This document shows, piece after piece, positions 63,301 to 64,000 of a DNA stretch of 64,000 nt (within the stretch, counting starts at the first letter, position 1; every line of letters begins with the position of its first letter). A program made the position numbers and the translations under genes. A model generated the notes under the pieces. That model was not told the DNA's origin. It ran no database searches and worked only from the letters and a program-made list of their open reading frames with translations. This stretch comes from Fonticula alba ATCC 38817 (taxonomy: Eukaryota; Protista; Nucleariida): assembly GCA_000388065.2 (NCBI GenBank), contig KB932202.1. One strand, written 5' to 3'.

Positions 63301-64000
63301 GCCCCGAAGGTCCGGGATGAAACAGCGCGCTCAAACCCACTTTTGCGCGCTCGAGAGGCGTCCCCCCGATCCCCTTCCCGCCCTCGGCCCTGCGCATTTT
63401 GACAATAGCATACCCCCGCGAACGAACAGACCGGCGCCCCCTGGAGGCGGGAGGGCCGCCCGCCCCCGGGCTCCCACCAAAGGTGCCGCCCCCCGCCCCG
63501 CCCCCTTCGCCTCAGACACAACAGGCACATCCAACCGAAGGGGCAGGCCCAGGCTTCCCCGGCCCGCACAGTACGCAAGGCACGGAGCTCACATACTTCG
63601 CAAGGAGTGGGCAGAGGCAGAGCAGCCCCGCCGAAACCATGCTCCGTCGGGGGGCCGTCCGCTCCGCGGAGTCAGTTTGGCTATGCTTCCCTGCCCTGGG
63701 GCCATCTGTCCACGCCCATCCAGGGGCCTGGAGCCGGGTGCACCTGGGAGCCGCCTGCTGGCCGACATGCTCGCCCCGGTCTCGCCCCGCGCCCCCCTCT
63801 GGCGCGTTCAGTTGCCAACACAAACTCGGCCCCCGCCCCCCCCCCCCCCCTCCGTGTGGCAAGGCGGTTGGTCCCTAAAAATGGGCGCGCTTTCCAGGGG
63901 CGCCTGTTCAAGGGAGCCACCACCGGAGTCGATGATTGGTTGCATGAAAATAAATCCTGGCGCGCCACCCCGCCCCCAGGTCCCAGGCCGTGTTCTCCCC

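Noticed and set aside
61767-63578. 603-aa - strand ORF
   Set aside because: It has an Arg/Pro/Gly-rich composition, runs through microsatellites and C/G tracts, and shows no domain or codon bias. This is expected by chance in very GC-rich DNA.

Overview
This is GC-rich, intron-containing eukaryotic DNA with five assembly gaps. The short GT-AG introns with sense-strand poly-C/CT tracts, the furin-repeat TKL receptor kinase and the gene content suggest a unicellular opisthokont such as Fonticula alba; that assignment is an inference, not a database result. I reconstructed ten protein-coding genes by joining exons by eye. In order: a class I PI3K catalytic subunit (+, 5'-partial), a giant ~4,000-aa single-pass receptor Ser/Thr (TKL-like) kinase (-, 8 exons), Arp2 (+), a Neo1/ATP9-type P4-ATPase flippase (-), a divergent TRAPPC10/Trs130-like gene (+, tentative), a Tpc1/SLC25A19-like mitochondrial carrier (-), a PH-domain oxysterol-binding-protein relative (-), DENR/Tma22 (+), STRIP1/Far11 (+) and fimbrin/plastin (-). 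The ORF track splits the receptor kinase into four separate ORFs. Its ectodomain holds three tandem modules, each with three FG-GAP-type Ca-binding DxDxDG motifs and an EGF-like unit, followed by ~15 furin-like repeats. This receptor is the most striking element. Next is the OSBP-related protein, whose PI4P-binding signature (EQVSHHPP, KPFNP) has degenerated. I saw no rRNA, tRNA, CRISPR array or transposon. Most other listed ORFs are GC-driven artefacts.
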